In this document: positions 9,678 through 18,953 of the stretch, one piece after another
Position numbering within the stretch: the stretch's first letter is position 1
Layout: each line of letters starts with the position of its first letter
Virus record (IMG/VR): IMGVR_UViG_3300029288_000057
Coordinates: 128,001 to 192,000 of that record
From: a virus
Lineage: Duplodnaviria > Caudoviricetes
DNA length: 64,000 nt
Direction: 5' to 3' (one strand)
Made by a program: the position numbers and the translations under genes
Notes under the pieces: generated by a model
Databases searched by the model: none
What the model was told of the DNA's origin: nothing
The model's input: only the letters and a program-made list of their open reading frames with translations

Positions 9678-10187
9678 ATGAAAGAAAATGATAGAATATA
9701 CAATTTGTTTGTGTCTAATAATTTGCCAGAAGAGTTTTTTATTTCTCAATATGGACAAAAATTATTTGATTCTCTTAAAAACGAAGCTTTTGCAACTGAT
9801 AAAGGAAAGTGCGCTGCATGTGGACACGAGCCCCCAGAACATAGAAAAAAAGATTGTTTGTTCTTTCACTTGTATGAAGTACACAAGAAAAACCCAGGAA
9901 CTTCTAAGGGGGTAACGCTATGTAAGGCGTGTCACGCAACACAACATATCGAAGATTCCATAGGAAAAAAGTGGGTTGTATTTGCCAATTCCATTCATGA
10001 CCAAAACAATATAATACGATTAACCAGAGCAAATCAAATATATGGTGCATTGGCTCAAAGAGAAATAGTGCAATTAAAAAAGACTCCAGAGCAATTCTTA
10101 AAGGAGTGGTTTGCTGGAGAAGTTAAGTTTACCCCTACATTAAAGGTAATTTTTACAAACAACTTTATGATTGATGACTTGTATTAG
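9678..10187 (+). CDS. HNH-like Zn-binding protein
   Basis: CAACG...H...VTLCKACHATQH; start MKENDR placed from the promoter position. Confidence 0.6.
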   Translation: MKENDRIYNLFVSNNLPEEFFISQYGQKLFDSLKNEAFATDKGKCAACGHEPPEHRKKDCLFFHLYEVHKKNPGTSKGVTLCKACHATQHIEDSIGKKWVVFANSIHDQNNIIRLTRANQIYGALAQREIVQLKKTPEQFLKEWFAGEVKFTPTLKVIFTNNFMIDDLY

Positions 10188-11193
10188 TCTTAATGTTTAC
10201 TTTTTTTAGTTGAAAGAATTCATTATCGATTTTTACAACATTTTGTTTTGCACTGACTACTTCAAAAACCTTTTTCTTTTTCTGAGACTCAACATATTCT
10301 TTTAATACTTTTCTAATGGTGTCTTCAGCTATTCTTTTAGCAATAGCCTCTATTGTTGGTTTTAAAGTCGACAAATCATATCCACTGGGCTTCTGTTGAT
10401 TTTTCATCATAGTTTCCATCATCAACATCATTTGTTGCATTTGGCCTGAATTGTCAGTTTGAAAAACTTGTGGTGTTTGTTGTCTTTGGGGAAGTTCTAA
10501 GTTTACTCCTTTTTCTGCTGCTTTTGCTTTTAAGTGAGCAACTGGGTCAAATGTTGGACCTATGTTTGAATAATTTTCATCAGTTTGAATTAAATCTCCT
10601 TGTGGAACACCATTTCCAGAAGAGCGCATGCTTATTCCTGGAGCTCTATCTGTAAACATACTTTCAAGAGCATCTGCTTCTGGGTTTTTAGGAGCATTAT
10701 ATTGTTGTACTGGTACTGCAGTTTTCGACCTTTCTTGTGGCTGTCCAGGTCTTACTGGTTTTCTTCCGACCTTTGGTACTGGGATTTGGTTACCATTTGA
10801 CCCGTGTGATTCTGCTTTTATAAAAGTTTTAAACTCTTGTTTTTTTGCGCCTTTTCTGATTGCGTCTAAAGCATTAAATTTATCTCTTGGTGCCGTGTAT
10901 AAAGCATTTTGTCTCATTGCTCTTTCTTCTGCCAATTGAATTTGGATTTGCTGCGCAACGTTGGATTCATTTGGTATTTCAACATTTGTTGGCTTTTGTG
11001 GAGCTTCATTCTGTGGCTCGTAAGACTCTTCAACAACCTGGACTGGCGCTTTATAAACCCTTTGTGTTGGCATATTTTCTACGGGGATATCTACTATTTG
11101 CCCTGCGGCTGCAGGAAGTCCCATTGCCTGAAAGCGTAGAGCCTTTTGCTGTTTCAGTCTCTCAAGTTGAGCTGGTGTTAATTCTTGTCCCAT
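10165..11193 (-). CDS. Q/P-rich hypothetical protein
   Basis: 342-aa ORF, low complexity. Confidence 0.6.
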   Translation of the reverse strand: MGQELTPAQLERLKQQKALRFQAMGLPAAAGQIVDIPVENMPTQRVYKAPVQVVEESYEPQNEAPQKPTNVEIPNESNVAQQIQIQLAEERAMRQNALYTAPRDKFNALDAIRKGAKKQEFKTFIKAESHGSNGNQIPVPKVGRKPVRPGQPQERSKTAVPVQQYNAPKNPEADALESMFTDRAPGISMRSSGNGVPQGDLIQTDENYSNIGPTFDPVAHLKAKAAEKGVNLELPQRQQTPQVFQTDNSGQMQQMMLMMETMMKNQQKPSGYDLSTLKPTIEAIAKRIAEDTIRKVLKEYVESQKKKKVFEVVSAKQNVVKIDNEFFQLKKVNIKTNTSHQS

Positions 11194-11206
11194 AATTTAT
11201 TTCTTT

Positions 11207-11527
11207 TTATAGTTTTCTGATATCACTAATTTCATAATCATGGAGAAATTTTATCTTCTTCTCTTTTATTAAATATTTCAATTTTTCTAATTCTTCTTCT
11301 AACATTTCAACTTTAAGTGTTAAAATCATTTTGTTCCTTTCAAATTTCCTAAATTTTATCTTTTCGCTAACCATTTCTGCAACCATTTTTTTTAAATCTA
11401 TATAGCTTTCTTGCTCTATAAAAGAATAACTTACACTTTCTCCATAATATTCTTCAAAACGATTCATTGAATGGCTATACTTAATGTCTAGCAAGTAAAT
11501 CTGTGTGTCTTTCCTATTTTTTATCAT
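11207..11527 (-). CDS. hypothetical protein
   Basis: probable start MIKNRK at 11527. Confidence 0.5.
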   Translation of the reverse strand: MIKNRKDTQIYLLDIKYSHSMNRFEEYYGESVSYSFIEQESYIDLKKMVAEMVSEKIKFRKFERNKMILTLKVEMLEEELEKLKYLIKEKKIKFLHDYEISDIRKL

Positions 11528-11804
11528 ATTTAAAAATTTTAGCTTCTTTTTCTTCTTTATCCCACCAAACATAGAAGGTTGTGTTTCTACAAGAGTTTAA
11601 AAAAAACAAACGCTCTATATATTTTTTTTGTTTAATTTTTTTAAACCTACCTTCAAGCTTGTTTTTTTCTTTAACAATATATTCATCCTCTGACTTAATG
11701 TTGTTAAGAATCTTTTTTGCATCTTCACATTCCTTAGAAAAAAAGTGAAAAATCTCTTCTTTAAAAAGGGCTTGATTGTCTATTATTTGTTGAGTTGTAT
11801 GCAT
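11514..11804 (-). CDS. hypothetical protein
   Basis: 96-aa ORF. Confidence 0.5.
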   Translation of the reverse strand: MHTTQQIIDNQALFKEEIFHFFSKECEDAKKILNNIKSEDEYIVKEKNKLEGRFKKIKQKKYIERLFFLNSCRNTTFYVWWDKEEKEAKIFKYDKK

Positions 11805-11858
11805 ATAAAGAAAATATAGTCCTTAAAAAGAACAAATTAAATAGTTATTTGATTTATG

Positions 11859-12533
11859 TTAAACCGCAGGAGTTGCTGGAGCGGGAGCAGCAGGTGGCGG
11901 AGTGGACGCCGCCATAGGTGCAACTTCTGGAGTCGTTGGGGCTACATCGGTGGCATCTTGTGTTGGATTTATAATCTCATTAAATTTTTTCTTAAAAATT
12001 TCTTCGTATAGATTTAAAATTTTGTCAAAAGTGTCCTTCGATTCTTTGCTAATCTCAAAGCCTTTTAACTTTCCGCCTTGAATAGCGCTTTTTATTATAA
12101 CCCCATTTAATAATGACATTGAGAATTTTATGGAGTCTTTTCCAACAGTTATAGTGCCAGAAGTGACTGCATCCTTTTGTCCATTTTTTACGGGAAAATC
12201 TACAATTTGGCCATTTTGTCCAGGTCCAATTTGTTTATCAAAAGATATTCCAGGAAAACGGTTTTTGAATTCTTTTTGAAACTGGTCGAGTTCGTTGGTT
12301 GTTATTTTGGGATTTTCAGAAGATTCATGTAGTCTTAATTTATAACTCATTTCATCTTCATCTCTGCCAAACAAAGCATCATGGGCGTCTTGAGCTCTCT
12401 GAGATTTAGTTTTTGTAAGCTCTTCTTGCTTCGCTTGCAATCTTGCTGGCATTTGTCTTATCTCATCATAAACTACTTCGTCTATGGATTGTTTTATTAC
12501 TTCTAATACTTTTTTTCTTTCGATTTCGTCCAT
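11859..12533 (-). CDS. hypothetical late protein with Pro/Ala tail
   Basis: second gene of a late operon; VLEVIKQSIDE N-terminus, LHES motif. Confidence 0.55.
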   Translation of the reverse strand: MDEIERKKVLEVIKQSIDEVVYDEIRQMPARLQAKQEELTKTKSQRAQDAHDALFGRDEDEMSYKLRLHESSENPKITTNELDQFQKEFKNRFPGISFDKQIGPGQNGQIVDFPVKNGQKDAVTSGTITVGKDSIKFSMSLLNGVIIKSAIQGGKLKGFEISKESKDTFDKILNLYEEIFKKKFNEIINPTQDATDVAPTTPEVAPMAASTPPPAAPAPATPAV

Positions 12534-12535
12534 AA

Positions 12536-12829
12536 TTATAATTCGTTAAAATAAGATGTTAAAAATTTCGATTTTTCCCAATTAAACCTATTTTGTCTAA
12601 CAAAAGCTTTAATCATTAAATCCTTTACCTGCTGTTTTGTCATGGATTTTTCATTCAAGGCATCAATCTCCTTTTTTAAAGATGTTAAAAACTCTTGCTT
12701 TTGAGTCTTCTCGCTGTCTCTAATAGCTTTAAGAATTTGTTTTTCAAAATCATCCCTTTGTTTCTTAAGCTCTTTATCAATAGTATCTTTTATCATACTT
12801 CGAACTTTTGACTCATCATCCTTTGTCAT
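12536..12829 (-). CDS. hypothetical late protein
   Basis: KVRSMIKDTIDKEL; late motif upstream. Confidence 0.55.
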   Translation of the reverse strand: MTKDDESKVRSMIKDTIDKELKKQRDDFEKQILKAIRDSEKTQKQEFLTSLKKEIDALNEKSMTKQQVKDLMIKAFVRQNRFNWEKSKFLTSYFNEL

Positions 12830-12845
12830 AAAAAATTCATTTCTT

Positions 12846-12853
12846 TATAAATA
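12846..12853 (-). promoter_or_regulatory. late promoter motif TATTTATA
   Basis: 16 nt upstream of the ATG at 12829. Confidence 0.65.
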
Positions 12854-12952
12854 TGTATTTTTTTCTAATGTTTCAAAGTAAAAAGTGTTTTTTTGTAACT
12901 TTTTTGCAAAAATTTCGTATACTACACATAGAAACACATAAAAGAAATTATT

Positions 12953-13276
12953 ATGAAAACGAAAGACAAAATTTTTTGGAGAACTGTTCAGGTTATTTTA
13001 ATCGCAGTTAGAATTCTATTTAGTACGGGGGCTGCATTTTTTTGCAACTTCATTATTTTTATGTACCCCGTAATGTATACGGTGAACTTCTCAATTAAAG
13101 ACAACTTACTGTTTGTTGCAATTATGCTTATTGCTTATCCAATATTCTTTTTTTTAATGCACAAATATCTTCTAAAACACAAACTTCAGTCTTTGCATAA
13201 AATTATAGATGACCTTAGACGTGGTGTTAGGGAGAATTTTGAAATTGACAAAGAAAATCGTGAAAATCAAGAATAA
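12953..13276 (+). CDS. membrane protein (2 TM)
   Basis: two hydrophobic stretches and a charged C-terminal tail. Confidence 0.6.
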   Translation: MKTKDKIFWRTVQVILIAVRILFSTGAAFFCNFIIFMYPVMYTVNFSIKDNLLFVAIMLIAYPIFFFLMHKYLLKHKLQSLHKIIDDLRRGVRENFEIDKENRENQE

Positions 13277-13297
13277 CTTTCCTATAAAGAAATAATA

Positions 13298-13329
13298 AAA
13301 AAAGGCCATATACACATATGGCCTTTTTT
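13298..13329. terminator. bidirectional intrinsic terminator
   Basis: aaaaaaggccatat-acac-atatggcctttttt between convergent genes. Confidence 0.8.
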
Positions 13330-13345
13330 ATATAAAATACTAAGT

Positions 13346-14074
13346 TTATCTTTGAGCTTGCCAGTGAGCAATAACATAAATAATACCAGCAATAAGAGCG
13401 CCCACCAAAGCTGCTGCTGCATAACCAGCTATTACTGTTGGAAGTCCAAATCCGCTTCCTGTTATAACTATCATAGCGCCAGCAGCAATAAATGCTCCGA
13501 CACCACCGATTCCAAGTAAGTTAGCAGCAAGATTGGCTGCCTTTTCAGCGCCAACGGCAAGTTGTTGTTTAGACAACCCTTTTCCCATAATTCCTTCTTC
13601 TGTAACTCCAGGAGCAGGGGTTGTGGTTCCAAAAGCTGATTTTACTGTGTTTTTTATATCATTATAAATTTCAGCATATGATTTATTTCCAAACTTTTGA
13701 GAAAGGGTTTGTACCGCTTGGTTAAATCCTTGTGGGTCTTTCGCTTGAACCTGTGATGCTATTGCCTGTTTTATTTTATTAAGGATATCTCCTACCCCTT
13801 CTTCGAGTGTTGTTGGTGCTGCGGCTGGTGCTGGAGCTATTTGAACTGCCGCCTGTGCCTGAATAGCTGCTTGTTTGTCTTGTGGGTCTGGAATTATGTT
13901 CATTATGTCATCTTCTTGCATAACAGAAACAACTTCATCTTCTTCTGCATATAACTCATTAAGTTGTTTAAGTATATTCTTTTTTTCTTCGTTTAAAGTA
14001 ATAAGTTTTTTAACTTTTACAGACTCTTCTTTAACTATCTGTTCGAATAAAGATTTTTTAATTATAATTTCCAT
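13346..14074 (-). CDS. late protein with C-terminal Gly/Ala hydrophobic hairpin
   Basis: IVKEE/LNEE/LEEG/VTEEG motifs, then two apolar helices. Confidence 0.55.
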   Translation of the reverse strand: MEIIIKKSLFEQIVKEESVKVKKLITLNEEKKNILKQLNELYAEEDEVVSVMQEDDIMNIIPDPQDKQAAIQAQAAVQIAPAPAAAPTTLEEGVGDILNKIKQAIASQVQAKDPQGFNQAVQTLSQKFGNKSYAEIYNDIKNTVKSAFGTTTPAPGVTEEGIMGKGLSKQQLAVGAEKAANLAANLLGIGGVGAFIAAGAMIVITGSGFGLPTVIAGYAAAALVGALIAGIIYVIAHWQAQR

Positions 14075-14094
14075 GGCAATTTTTTTTAGTTTCC

Positions 14095-14102
14095 TATAAA
14101 TA
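14095..14102 (-). promoter_or_regulatory. late promoter motif TATTTATA
   Basis: 20 nt upstream of the ATG at 14074. Confidence 0.65.
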
Positions 14103-14133
14103 TAGAAAAAAATAAAAAAATTGAGTATGCTTT

Positions 14134-16077
14134 CTATTTTTCTCTTATTCTTTTAAGAAGGTCTTTAAAAACACCCTCATCTATTGTTGTGCTTTCTTTC
14201 TTGTACTCTTTATTATCTAACGTTTTGGTTACAATGTACGCTTTATCATTTAACAATTCGCTTATATCCTCATCAATAGTATCTTGACAAATAAATGTTA
14301 TAATTTCTATTTTATCAGCTGTGGCACTTGCTCTATGGATTCTATCTTCTATTTGCTCTTCATCTGCTGGGCTCCATGCAAACCCTAATTTAATAAGCTT
14401 ACTTGCAGCGGTTAGTGTATTTCCGACCCCAGATGCTATAATCATCCCAGAGAATATTTTTATTTTTTTATCTTCCTGGAACCTGTCCACAGATTCTTGC
14501 TTGTCTTCGTTTGACATTTCCCCAGTATGTAATACTGCTATATCTCCAAAATATCGCACTATTTCTTCTGCCATTTCCATATAATCAGAAATAACTACCA
14601 CCTTTTCCCCACTGTCAATTATATCTTGTATCATCTCTTTGGCTCTGTCTATTTTAATCTTTCCAGTAAACATTTTGAGTTTATGAACTTTGGCCAAATA
14701 GGAATCTTTCTTTTCAATTTCCTTTCCATCAACTATTTCTTTTTTTACTTCATTTAAAAGCTTCTGGTATTCTGAATATTCTTTATCATCAAGCTCAATT
14801 GGTATTTCTAGATATGTTTTTTCTGGAAGCTCTTTTAAAACGTCTCGTTTTAATCTTCTGAGAAAATAAGAAGAAACTCTTGTAAACAGCTCTTCAAGAT
14901 TAGATGCTCCACTGTAATCCCAACCAAAATTATCCTGATATCCTGCCCCATATCTAACTCCAAATTCGTGGGAATTTTTCCATTCTTCTGGGAAAATAAA
15001 ATTTAGAGTGGAAAAAAACTCGAACGGCCTGCTTTTTATAACGGTACCAGATAATAAAATTTTCTTTGGAATGCATGAAAATGCTTTGTGAATAATTTTT
15101 GTCCATGTGGTCTTTAACTCCTTCATTCTATGACATTCATCAATAATTATTAAGTCATATTCTGAGGGGTCTATTGACTGGGAAAATCCATCTTGAAATG
15201 ATACCAGGCTGACGGCTCTTGATTTGACTTTTCCAGTGTTTTCGCAAATAGGACACTTTTTGTATTGTTTTGTAAGGTCAGTTTGTTCCCACGTACACTT
15301 TCCCATTCCACCTTTTGCCTGAAGCATATTTCCGCTGCACTTGTGATGATATTCAATTTTTATATATGATTCAATTGATTCATAGTTTGTGATGTGAAAT
15401 AAAGATTCTTCTTTCGAATATGCTATGGTTTTACTTTTCTTTTTAGGTTTAAATTTAAAAACAAATGCTTTTTCATTAGTGAATTTTAATATTTCTTTTC
15501 TCCACATCAGCTTTAATGACGCTGGACAAATTACCAAAGTTCTTAGTTTATATTTCACTGCATAAGCAAACGCTGGACACGTTTTCCCCACTCCAGGCTG
15601 GTCTCCAAGTATTGATACTCCGTTGTTTATTTCGAAAAACTTTACAGCCTTTTTTTGATATCCATAAGGCGGTATTTTCATGAAGGAATAGTCTTCTCCA
15701 GAAACGTCAAGCAATTCAGCTTTTAGTTTTAAAACTTCTGATATTTTCCTTTGTCTCTCAAGATATTCGTTTCTTAGTCTCTCTAAGACATCTTGGGTAA
15801 TGTTTTCAAAAGCAAAGTCTATTTTGTTGTCAATCATAAAAGTTAAAATCTCGCCCATTTTAGCTTCGCTTATGGTTCTTACCCACTCGTCTTTGGGGTT
15901 ACCATCCATTCCAACAACACTATCCTTTCTGGTGCGTCTATGCTCCTTTGGTAAACGTTTTATGTATTCGGTAAGAACTTTTAAATAGTTATACCTCAGC
16001 TCGAAGTTAACTATTAATTTTCTTATTTTTACAACATTAACTTCTTCAGTGTCCTTGTTTTTTTTTGTTTTTGCCAT
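14134..16077 (-). CDS. SNF2-family (HARP/SMARCAL1-like) helicase with Zn-ribbon insert
   Basis: GDQPGVGKT, ICPASLK..W, DECH, LSGT, RRLKRDVLKELP, GVGNTLTAA, QIEDRIHR. Confidence 0.9.
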   Translation of the reverse strand: MAKTKKNKDTEEVNVVKIRKLIVNFELRYNYLKVLTEYIKRLPKEHRRTRKDSVVGMDGNPKDEWVRTISEAKMGEILTFMIDNKIDFAFENITQDVLERLRNEYLERQRKISEVLKLKAELLDVSGEDYSFMKIPPYGYQKKAVKFFEINNGVSILGDQPGVGKTCPAFAYAVKYKLRTLVICPASLKLMWRKEILKFTNEKAFVFKFKPKKKSKTIAYSKEESLFHITNYESIESYIKIEYHHKCSGNMLQAKGGMGKCTWEQTDLTKQYKKCPICENTGKVKSRAVSLVSFQDGFSQSIDPSEYDLIIIDECHRMKELKTTWTKIIHKAFSCIPKKILLSGTVIKSRPFEFFSTLNFIFPEEWKNSHEFGVRYGAGYQDNFGWDYSGASNLEELFTRVSSYFLRRLKRDVLKELPEKTYLEIPIELDDKEYSEYQKLLNEVKKEIVDGKEIEKKDSYLAKVHKLKMFTGKIKIDRAKEMIQDIIDSGEKVVVISDYMEMAEEIVRYFGDIAVLHTGEMSNEDKQESVDRFQEDKKIKIFSGMIIASGVGNTLTAASKLIKLGFAWSPADEEQIEDRIHRASATADKIEIITFICQDTIDEDISELLNDKAYIVTKTLDNKEYKKESTTIDEGVFKDLLKRIREK

Positions 16078-16080
16078 ATT

Positions 16081-16416
16081 TTATTGTGTGAGTCTGGCTA
16101 TCCTTTCTCGTTTTTTCTTTTCAATTAATTCTCTGCCTTTTATTTGTTTTCTTTGTGCTTCTCTTATTGCTTTATCTAATGCAGAGACTCTTTTTGGTCC
16201 CCACTCCATACCCTTCCTGATTTGTATTTTGTCTCTTATAATTTCACACAGCATTTTAACATCCTGTAAACTATCTCGCACCCTGATTCCAGCAGCCTTC
16301 TCTCCTCTAAGTACTTTTTCTGTGTCTTTTTTGTTTGACCCAGCAACTTCTATTAGTTTGTAAAGCAAATCCAATTCATTTAAATCTGCAAGCCCATTTA
16401 ACTCTTCTAAGTTCAT
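16081..16416 (-). CDS. histone H1-like (Hc1-type) DNA-binding protein
   Basis: GEKAAGIRVRDSLQDVK resembles the GNKAAGTRAR core of Bacteroidota Hc1-like proteins. Confidence 0.6.
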   Translation of the reverse strand: MNLEELNGLADLNELDLLYKLIEVAGSNKKDTEKVLRGEKAAGIRVRDSLQDVKMLCEIIRDKIQIRKGMEWGPKRVSALDKAIREAQRKQIKGRELIEKKKRERIARLTQ

Positions 16417-16419
16417 ATA

Positions 16420-16821
16420 CTACTCTTTTTTTAATAACTTCTCAGAGACACCATTCTCTAAGTTCTCTTTGTTTTCTTTTACAGATTTTTTTGCTCTTTC
16501 CTGGTCTATTTGCCTCTCTTTTATTATCTGTGAAACAGTCTTTCTTTCAATTTGTGATTGATATAAATCAATTGCAAACCTATCATCTGTATACAAATTG
16601 AAGTCGATTCTGAAAAATGTTTTTCCCAACAACCCAACCTTTGCTCCGCTACCCGACTCTTCATTAATATCCATCCAGAAAAATCCAACAATTTCCTCTT
16701 CATTATCAAGTTGCATTATTGATTTTTCTATTGGAGTGACAGATTTGTGCCCCTTACTCTCAATCTTTTCGTTGTTTTCGTTGATGTATTTTCTTACACC
16801 TTCTTTGTTATAATATGCCAT
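16420..16821 (-). CDS. hypothetical protein
   Basis: 133-aa ORF in the operon. Confidence 0.6.
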   Translation of the reverse strand: MAYYNKEGVRKYINENNEKIESKGHKSVTPIEKSIMQLDNEEEIVGFFWMDINEESGSGAKVGLLGKTFFRIDFNLYTDDRFAIDLYQSQIERKTVSQIIKERQIDQERAKKSVKENKENLENGVSEKLLKKE

Positions 16822-16825
16822 GGTC

Positions 16826-17743
16826 TTATTTATTATTTTCTCGTAATAGTTCTACATATTGGTTGTATTTTGAATTGCACAAAGGATGAATTCCTCCTTT
16901 ATATTTACAAAACATACAATGATATCTTTCATTTCCTGTGATTTTTATCTTGGGAAAAATTCTTTCCACATGAATGTTTTTCAATGTTTCTCCAAGCTTT
17001 AACAAAGAGTCAAACACTTCTTCTTCGGTAGAATTTACATCAACTATTTGTATATCACCAAATCCACCAGATGCGTTTTTTTTGTTTATTAATCTATTTA
17101 AAACCACATATTTACAATCTATTTTATCGAGGGGGGTTTTATTTTTTCTTCCCCAAAAGTATTTATAAAATCTCATTTGACATAAGAATATCGGGTCTCT
17201 TTTTTTCTTATCAATATCCCACTCTTCACCAGATGTTTTCCAATCAATTATTAAATATCTACCAGTTATTGGATTGTAGGCAATAAGGTCAATAAATCCC
17301 TTAAAATGAAATTTTTTGTATATTATTTCATATAGAGGCTCTTCTACACTAACAATTTGATACCCTTTTAAAATAACCTCTGTATCTAAAATTAACAGTA
17401 TATGTTTCCCTTGTTCAACAAAATCATCAACATCTTTAAATTGTTTATCATGAAGCATGTTGTCCATCATATCTTTTTTAAATTTGTCTGCAAAGTATTT
17501 TGCTCGTTGTTCCTTGTCTAACCCATTTTTTACTCCCATTTCTATTGCCTCGTGTATGGCATTTCCAAAAAAAAGATGAATGGATTGTTCCTGAGTGTCT
17601 AAGGAAAGATATTTAAAAATTAGATGCTTATGCCCACATTCGTTATAAAGAGAAAATTCGCTGAAGCTAATGTGAATTTTATTATCGTCTTTGCCCAGGC
17701 TTGTGTGAATTTCGCTTTTAATTATGTTTTCGTTTACTGTCAT
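16826..17743 (-). CDS. Cas4/AddB-like PD-(D/E)XK exonuclease
   Basis: ISFSEF..Y.EC, FGNAIHEAIE, E..L, GFIDLI, IIDWKT, Q.RFY, CMFC..C (1+3 Cys); start MTVNEN placed from the promoter. Confidence 0.85.
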   Translation of the reverse strand: MTVNENIIKSEIHTSLGKDDNKIHISFSEFSLYNECGHKHLIFKYLSLDTQEQSIHLFFGNAIHEAIEMGVKNGLDKEQRAKYFADKFKKDMMDNMLHDKQFKDVDDFVEQGKHILLILDTEVILKGYQIVSVEEPLYEIIYKKFHFKGFIDLIAYNPITGRYLIIDWKTSGEEWDIDKKKRDPIFLCQMRFYKYFWGRKNKTPLDKIDCKYVVLNRLINKKNASGGFGDIQIVDVNSTEEEVFDSLLKLGETLKNIHVERIFPKIKITGNERYHCMFCKYKGGIHPLCNSKYNQYVELLRENNK

Positions 17744-17756
17744 ATAATGCTTTTTA

Positions 17757-17764
17757 CAAATATA
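17757..17764 (-). promoter_or_regulatory. Bacteroidota -7 promoter element TATATTTG
   Basis: 13 nt upstream of the ATG at 17743. Confidence 0.6.
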
Positions 17765-17810
17765 ATAAAAAAAAACTAAAAAATTAAGTTTATTTTCATA
17801 TTTATTACAT

Positions 17811-18953
17811 ATGGGATTTTTATCAGAATCATACAAAATCAGGATACAGGAACTTTCGGGAATAGTTCCTAAAAAAATATATTACAATTCCCATGGCCAC
17901 TCAATTCCATTTTACGAATTTGTTGAAATAGAGGTGGAAGACAGAGGAAACTATAAGCTAAAAGAGGTTAATAGGTGGAAAGCTAAATATAAGATTGCAG
18001 ACGACGCTCCTGTAATTTGGGTTACTCCAAGTAAAATAATGGCTCAATCATATATGGCTTCTGCCGATAAGTATTATGATTTAATAAGTGCTAAATCTGA
18101 GGAAGAAGCAGAAAAAATATTAAGACAAGATTTGGGAGCAGACGCAAATATTGAGCCTGTTGTTTTTACTGAGGATGATGGTATTATAATACCAGAGTCT
18201 GACGACGGTCAAAATGGTTTTTTGATGGTTTTGCATAAACGTGGAATCGAAAAGCAGAGTCTTTTTGAAGCTATTCAATTCACTACGCAAGATTTGTCAC
18301 AAGCGTATGACAAAAGTTGGCAAAGAATGCAGGGGTTTGACTTGGGTTTGATTAAACAGGCAATCCGAGAAGGAAGAGCAATTGGAATATCTTATAAGAG
18401 CACCGACATGCCAGTAACAAAATTTAGATTGATATTGCCTGTTACGGTGGGAACTTATAAAACAAAAAGTGGAGTTCCATTAAAATTAAGCGCATTCCAC
18501 TTGGCAGGCCAATCAGAAAGGGCAGCACAAAAGACGGGAAAGAGAAGCGAAGAACCTCAATACGTTTGGAGACTATTCGATTTAGACCCCAAAAGCTTTA
18601 AAAGCATGTGGTTTTCAGAAAAGTTTTTTTATGAATATCCGCCTGGATATAAAAAGGGAGACAAAAGGTTTTCTTCTATTGCAACACAATATGACGTAAA
18701 AACAGCAGAAGTCGAAAGGGACGCTAGAGAAGGTAGAGGAGAAAAGCCTGGTGAACCAATTGATTTAAGAGGCATTAAGCCAACAGGACAGGTTCCTGCT
18801 GAAGCTCCAGAAAATCAAAAAACCCCAGAAACACCAGAAACACAAGCTCCAGAGGCTGGGGTCGAACAACCGTTGACTGAAAAAGAGAGAAAAGCTTTAT
18901 ATCTTAGAAAGCCCTGGAACAAGTTTCTCAGGGACGGGTTTAAATTTGAGTAA
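17811..18953 (+). CDS. WYL-like domain protein, late
   Basis: AIREGRAIGISY...RLILPVTVG...LSAF...WRLFDL...PPGY..GD; TATTTATT at 17799-17806. Confidence 0.6.
   Translation: MGFLSESYKIRIQELSGIVPKKIYYNSHGHSIPFYEFVEIEVEDRGNYKLKEVNRWKAKYKIADDAPVIWVTPSKIMAQSYMASADKYYDLISAKSEEEAEKILRQDLGADANIEPVVFTEDDGIIIPESDDGQNGFLMVLHKRGIEKQSLFEAIQFTTQDLSQAYDKSWQRMQGFDLGLIKQAIREGRAIGISYKSTDMPVTKFRLILPVTVGTYKTKSGVPLKLSAFHLAGQSERAAQKTGKRSEEPQYVWRLFDLDPKSFKSMWFSEKFFYEYPPGYKKGDKRFSSIATQYDVKTAEVERDAREGRGEKPGEPIDLRGIKPTGQVPAEAPENQKTPETPETQAPEAGVEQPLTEKERKALYLRKPWNKFLRDGFKFE

Noticed and set aside
11207-11804. Programmed frameshift or split gene
   Set aside because: The internal ATG at 11527 gives an ordinary 14-nt overlap, and nothing indicates a fused product.
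15165-15375. Intein in the SNF2 helicase
   Set aside because: Too short, with no C/S start plus HN-C/S/T end; better explained as a Zn ribbon.
16826-17743. Cas4-like nuclease as part of a CRISPR-Cas locus
   Set aside because: No repeat-spacer array or other cas genes in the window; solo Cas4-like nucleases are common in phages.
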